A stretch of 63,993 nt of DNA, filler included, from Pelomyxa schiedti (Eukaryota; Protista; Evosea), in NCBI GenBank assembly GCA_020536535.1. It is 17 parts of 17 records of this genome, joined end to end, with 100 filler letters (N's around TTAATTAATTAA, not from the genome) between each part and the next. Parts side by side here need not be neighbours in the genome. Positions count along the whole stretch, not along the records: positions 54,664 to 62,361 come from JAHLWZ010001344.1; positions 62,462 to 63,993 come from JAHLWZ010002437.1; 15 more parts are not named here. One strand, written 5' to 3'. The translations under genes and the position numbers were made by a program. The notes beneath the pieces were generated by a model. It was not told the DNA's origin, ran no database searches, and saw only the letters and a list, made by a program, of their open reading frames with translations. Each line of letters begins with the position of its first letter. Within the stretch, counting starts at the first letter, position 1. Below, one piece after another: positions 59,114 to 63,993 of this stretch.

Positions 59114-62100
59114 CTAATTGTTGTTCACAACAGGGGAGATAAGGATACCCTCTATCTCCGTTTCTGAAGGATTTTCAGAAGGTAATTTTGGTGCATGAGG
59201 ATCGCCCGCTTCGTCAGCAAGTAGGTTTGTACCCCAGTTGTACAAAAACCGGTCCAGATAGTATGATGGCTCTTGTACACTTACCCCGTCAGGGTCCTTG
59301 CGCATCACACTGACTTTCCAAAACCGTTCCAACTTCTTCTGAGTATCATACAGTTGGAGAATGTCAATGATGCTGTTGTGTGGGAAAGAAAACTTGGTCA
59401 AACTGGAAAGTGAGAAAGATAGTAATACCTGAGGTAGTAAAATTCGGAGGAGTCGATTGAGGGAATCCCGGGATCGGGGCTGGGCTTTGTGTGTGTGGTG
59501 CCAGTTGTCTGTGTCATTGGTATGATTGCTCCATGAAAGGCTTCTGGGCTACCGGTAAACAGAGGTTCTGGTTCGGAGTCAATGTCGTCAGCTGATGACT
59601 CCTCCCGTGTCGCTTGAGAATGCAAATAAATATCTGTTAGTATAGAATAACAGTGGTTGGAAAGGAAGTACGTTGGTGGGGAGATCCGGGAAAATCGCAC
59701 GACGTCGATTTTACTAATGTAGTGGGGGAACCAACAGGCATGGTCGAAGGTGGAACACAGGAAGAGGCCATGAGTGGTGATGCCGCAACTGATGTGCTTA
59801 GAGCTAGAGAAGCGGAAAGGGACGTGGAGAGAAGAGATGTGCTAGGACTAGCTTTAATCTTAGCCGATCTCCATGTATCTCTACGATCCCGGATTTTATT
59901 TGCTTGGTCTCCTACACTTGTTACGGAGTTGTTTCAGAGGGAAAAGCATGCAAACCAGTGGTTTTGGCAAAATGGAAGCCAAGTAAGATGGAGTAGTCCA
60001 TAATTCCAAGGGAGCACAGAAACTGTGGATGACTGAGTTCTTTAACCTTGATTGTATCCTTACTTGTGCATCAGAACGCAACTGTAAGTCCAAAAAACTT
60101 CGTGTTGTGCTGTCAAGATGTAATTTCCTGTGCAAATCTAGGTCCATTCCCTGGGTAGAAGGATTTTGGTCATGCTTTTTACCAACTTTACGGTGAACCC
60201 AGGATCCCTGGAGGAAAATAAGAAGATTCAAGATGTCAAGCCACCTTAAGGTCATAACGCTCGTTCAGTGTCTTAGAGCCAAAAAACATATTGGCCATGA
60301 CAACAGTGTAGACAGCGGTGTGACTTGTTAGACTCACACAATACAAACCATAGAACCGAACGATTAGTGACTTGGGATTACTCAGAAGATACTATACTGG
60401 TAAGTGCAATGAAGAAATTAGTCAGGTACTCACTGAAACGTAGAATGGAAGGATTTTCTGAAGAAGAGTTGCCTCGTTTGCAGGTAACGTTTTAATGATA
60501 AATCTTTTGTCCGGTGTAAACACGAAGAAGCTACCACTCCTTCCCTCCGAAAACTTCTGAAGATCGATCTTGGAGAGGACTGTCTCCGGGTCAAGTGAAG
60601 CCTATACTAGAATAAAATAACCAAATAATACAGAGGAAGTGTAAAAAGTAACCTTATAAAACTCGGTAACTCCAAACTGCTGCCGAAGCTGAAGAAACAA
60701 AGCAGGGCTGAACTCGTGAAATTTAACAAACTTGAATGATGTGACAACAGGATTGGAAAGGTCTTTCTTTTTATTCGGTTCCTCAGTGTGCTGTTGTATA
60801 TGTCGAGCGGAGGAAGTCACAGTAGCGCAGGAACTTAGTGGATTTTAAAACATCGGCCTTCCCATTTTTTTCCCACATTTTCCCCTTTATTACTATATAG
60901 GCGCTTGGGAAAAAGTTCATTACATACTAACAGTCAAGGTTCCATTCCACATACTCTGGTGTGGTGCATAATGAGGCATTTGGATCGTCAGATAACTGGA
61001 AAAGAACGAACATGATTTTGGGAGCTATTATAATGCTAATCACACCGAAACTTGCGCACCAATTAGCATTATTCGCAATATTTCCCTTCTTAACGCTGCA
61101 TCTACTTTCTGAAAATCATCCAGGCCTGCAAGGCCTCCAGGAGTACTTTCATTTAGAGGTGTGTATTCTTGCTTGTTGCGTCTGATACACGCATGTTGGC
61201 ACAACCAGAAAAAGTGATGACGACAAACGAAGGAACAACCTGCAGACTTTCAAGATAAGTCGCACAAAATGACGGTAAAATTGAGGAGATGTTATCCACA
61301 CAACAGCGTTGCACAGTCCCTGATATTACTTGTTAGAAAGCTATTGGTCTCCACCACCAGTATCACTTTCACTAATCATACTTGAATAGACATGCCCAAG
61401 GAGGTCAGAATACCAAGAAATTTCTGGAACACGTTAGAAGAAGACGAGAATAGAAGAAGGAATACAGAGTACTTAGAGCCCAAGAAAAAGCATATCAGAT
61501 GTTGAACAGTAGGAAACAACCAACACACCAAAAATACTCCAACGTATAACATCATTCTTCCCATCACTATTATCAATGGCATACATTGTGAAAAAAAAAA
61601 AGAAAAGTAGACGTGAGCTACTTTTATGTCGGATATTTGTTGAGATAGATGACATTTCATGCATTCTTGAAAGTCCAAAAATTAATGTTGCAGCTGCTAC
61701 AATGAGGTATGCTAGTACAAACATATAAAACCAACCAGGAAATACCTGGGGAAAACATGGAATGAGTGAATCGTATCTAATTGATATAATGTTACATCGT
61801 GTTTAATCCAGCACCTGGGAAGAGAGTTTGTAAGTGGAGAGATGTTGTTTTAATCTCACATACACTCCTTCCCCAGTGTCGCCGATCTGCCCCATCAGGT
61901 ATATGGCCAGCGTTGTGCCAATTGCTAAACTCCACACCCAAGCATGATAGAACTTGTGGTATTGCTTTCCATTGGCAAAGGCGTTTCTCATCATTAGGAG
62001 AAGATTGACAGATATAACAGCATTCCAGCTTACTGACCCAATCCCAAAGAATTGAAGCCAACATCCCTTCGCACTTCATTAACAAAGTCAACATAAAAAA

Positions 62101-62320
62101 AGTGGCTACCTGCAAAATGCAAACCCAATTATGGAGGACATCGTTGGGACTCGTGGAATACCCGTTTGCCACATATTGCAAACTGAACCAAAAGTCACAG
62201 AATACAAGCAGAAATACAAGTGTTGTAGACGGGTGAGTCCTTGTTGCTGGCACAAAAATATACATGGACATAACAACAAGTGACCCAATCATGCTCAACA
62301 AGGCAAAGGTTCCAAAAACC
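59114..62320 (-). CDS. rpkA: GPCR-like multi-TM domain fused to a phosphatidylinositol-phosphate 5-kinase domain (RpkA/GPCR-PIPK type); 5' partial
   Basis: TM part: LLSMIGSLVVMSMYIF..HPS..LVFLLVFCDFWFS, QFFGMASISWNAVISVNL, FYHAWVWSL, RMMLYVGVFLVCWLFP. Kinase part: FHEFSPALFLQLRQQFG, SGSFFVFTPDKRFIIKT, LIVRFYGLY, RYDLKGSW, IMDYSILLG, IIDILQLY...KKLERFWK, YLDRF. Confidence 0.88.
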
Positions 62321-62463
62321 CTATACCAAACCTAATGAACACCGTCAATGGCCTCAAAAGANNNNNNNNNNNNNNNNNNNNNNNNNNNNNNNNNNNNNNN
62401 NNNNNTTAATTAATTAANNNNNNNNNNNNNNNNNNNNNNNNNNNNNNNNNNNNNNNNNNNNAA

Positions 62464-63741
62464 GGGGAATCGTGCCCCAAGTGCGAATACCTGCCTGGTC
62501 TGTTGTTCCTTTATTGCCTCCGTTGTGTCATCAACGACCACGTGTCACTTCATCAGCGCATTCCGCCGTGCCTGTCTCTGGTTTTCTCTCGTGCCATCTC
62601 CTCCACACCAGAAGAAATGAGAGCAACTTGCATGCGTGTGTTGAGTGACACCAGCCGAACCTCAGAACAAGAATGGACTGACCTTGTGTCAGCAGCATCA
62701 TTGAGAGGAAACGTTGATCATCAACCACCATCATCACCCACAACAGCGGAACGGTCGTGGTCCTGCATGTACTTTGTTGCTATGTGGAATTTGTATTGCT
62801 GCCGTTCAGCCAACTTGCAGAATGGCCAATGTTCAGCACACATATTTTTTGAAATGAGCGCAAAGATTCCAGCCCCAGGATCATCGAGTGATGAACACAG
62901 CAATCCCTCCATCGCGGCCACTTGTTCTGCCAGTCAGATTAACTGGTGTATCTCTGCTGTCACGTATCTGGGTGTATGCTACAAGTACGGTGTTGGGGGT
63001 GTTAAAAAGGATGTGCACAAGGCAGCTACACTGTTCCAGAGGGCAGTTGATGCCTGTGAGGTCACTGCCATGTGCCACTTTGGCTTGTGTTATGGCGACG
63101 GTGATGGTGTTGAGAAGGACATCCACAAGGCTGTGACTTTGTGGCAGAGGGCTGCTGCGGCTGGTCATACCACAGCAATGTTCAACCTTGGTCTGTGCTA
63201 TGAGCGTGGTGATGGTGTTGACCAGGATACCAGCAAGGCATTGTCACTGTACCAGAGGGCTGCTGATGTTGGTTATACTTCGGCAATGTGCAATCTTGCT
63301 ACGTGTGTTGAGCAGATCAAGACAGTGACACTTTATCAGAGGGCTGCTGATGCTGGTAATGCTACTGCAATGACTGGTCTCGGTGCATGTTATTACAATG
63401 GCATTGGTGTTGACAAGGACATCCACAAGGCAGTGACACTGTGGCAGAGGGTTGCTGATTATGGTGAAACTGACGCACTGTGCAACCTTGGTGTGTGTTA
63501 TGAAAATGGTGATGGTGTTCAGAAGGACGCAAGCAAGGCAGTGACACTGTACCAGAGGGCCGCTGATGGCGGAAGTGCTAATGCAATGTACATCCTCGCA
63601 TGCCGTCACAGCCGAGGTGTGGGTGGTCTTGCCAAGGACATACACCAGGCACATAGACTGTGGCGGAGGGCCGCTGACATCGGTCATTCAAAAGCAGCTG
63701 CCAGACTCAGAAACCTCTTGTCAAAAAGCAACTCCACCTGA
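62464..63741 (+). CDS. Sel1-like repeat protein with N-terminal CxxC pairs; 5' partial
   Basis: The frame is open from the contig start (CPKC...YCLRC). About 7 repeats A..LYQRAADAG...AM.NLG.CY..G.GV.KD; TGA at 63739-63741. Confidence 0.9.
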   Translation, partial: GESCPKCEYLPGLLFLYCLRCVINDHVSLHQRIPPCLSLVFSRAISSTPEEMRATCMRVLSDTSRTSEQEWTDLVSAASLRGNVDHQPPSSPTTAERSWSCMYFVAMWNLYCCRSANLQNGQCSAHIFFEMSAKIPAPGSSSDEHSNPSIAATCSASQINWCISAVTYLGVCYKYGVGGVKKDVHKAATLFQRAVDACEVTAMCHFGLCYGDGDGVEKDIHKAVTLWQRAAAAGHTTAMFNLGLCYERGDGVDQDTSKALSLYQRAADVGYTSAMCNLATCVEQIKTVTLYQRAADAGNATAMTGLGACYYNGIGVDKDIHKAVTLWQRVADYGETDALCNLGVCYENGDGVQKDASKAVTLYQRAADGGSANAMYILACRHSRGVGGLAKDIHQAHRLWRRAADIGHSKAAARLRNLLSKSNST

Positions 63742-63993
63742 ACGAGAAATTGAAAAGCTTTGGTTCCAACAAACTTTGGTTGCCATTACCATTCGTTGAG
63801 GTGCCTTGTCAGCAAAAAAAATAACAGCAGGCCCTCTCAGCCTCTGTCAGACAGAATCAAAATTTGTTTCCCGGAAAAAAACCAAGATGGATCTCAACAA
63901 CAAGGACGGCGCGACGTACGAGATCGGTGGCGGTTCGTGGGGCACGACAACGGCGGCGTTGTCGGTTAAGAATAACCGAAGAATCAGGACGCC

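Noticed and set aside
1-63993. Treating co-occurring defence-like genes (NACHT, TRIM-like, LRR-ART, Sel1, family X) as one genomic island
   Set aside because: They lie on different contigs joined artificially; linkage cannot be inferred.
1-63993. CRISPR arrays, rRNA, tRNA, snRNA
   Set aside because: No repeat-spacer array with unique spacers and no recognisable tRNA or rRNA signature by eye; tRNAscan-SE and Infernal were not run.

Overview
This window is not one contiguous locus. It is 17 short eukaryotic contigs joined by 16 artificial 100-nt linkers (44 N + TTAATTAATTAA + 44 N), so neighbourhood across a linker means nothing. The DNA uses the standard code, has many short (about 45-100 nt) GT-AG introns and AAC/poly-Thr/Asn tracts. 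The gene content (GPCR-PIP5K fusion, Kelch-SAM-tyrosine kinase, expanded MORN, Sel1 and ankyrin-like families) points to a protist, most plausibly an amoebozoan such as Pelomyxa; that is inference and unverified. Recognisable genes: thiamine pyrophosphokinase, ERMP1-like M28 peptidase, secreted GH130 glycosidase, RpkA-like GPCR-PIP5K, a 72-aa two-EF-hand protein, a RING/B-box/B-box (TRIM-like) gene, MORN-coiled-coil-RING genes, Sel1 proteins, a 7xLNR surface protein and a P-loop NTPase fragment. Mobile and repeat DNA: a chromodomain Ty3/gypsy remnant with its 3' LTR, a decayed LINE, a 477-bp tandem repeat, a perfect 63-bp hairpin and minisatellites. Best leads: (1) a gene with about 15 RI-type LRRs, roughly one per exon, bracketed by ADP-ribosyltransferase sequence, a candidate modular receptor-toxin; (2) an unrecognised intronless family with seven copies, twice as tail-to-tail pairs. 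Exon boundaries and domain calls were read by eye, not searched.
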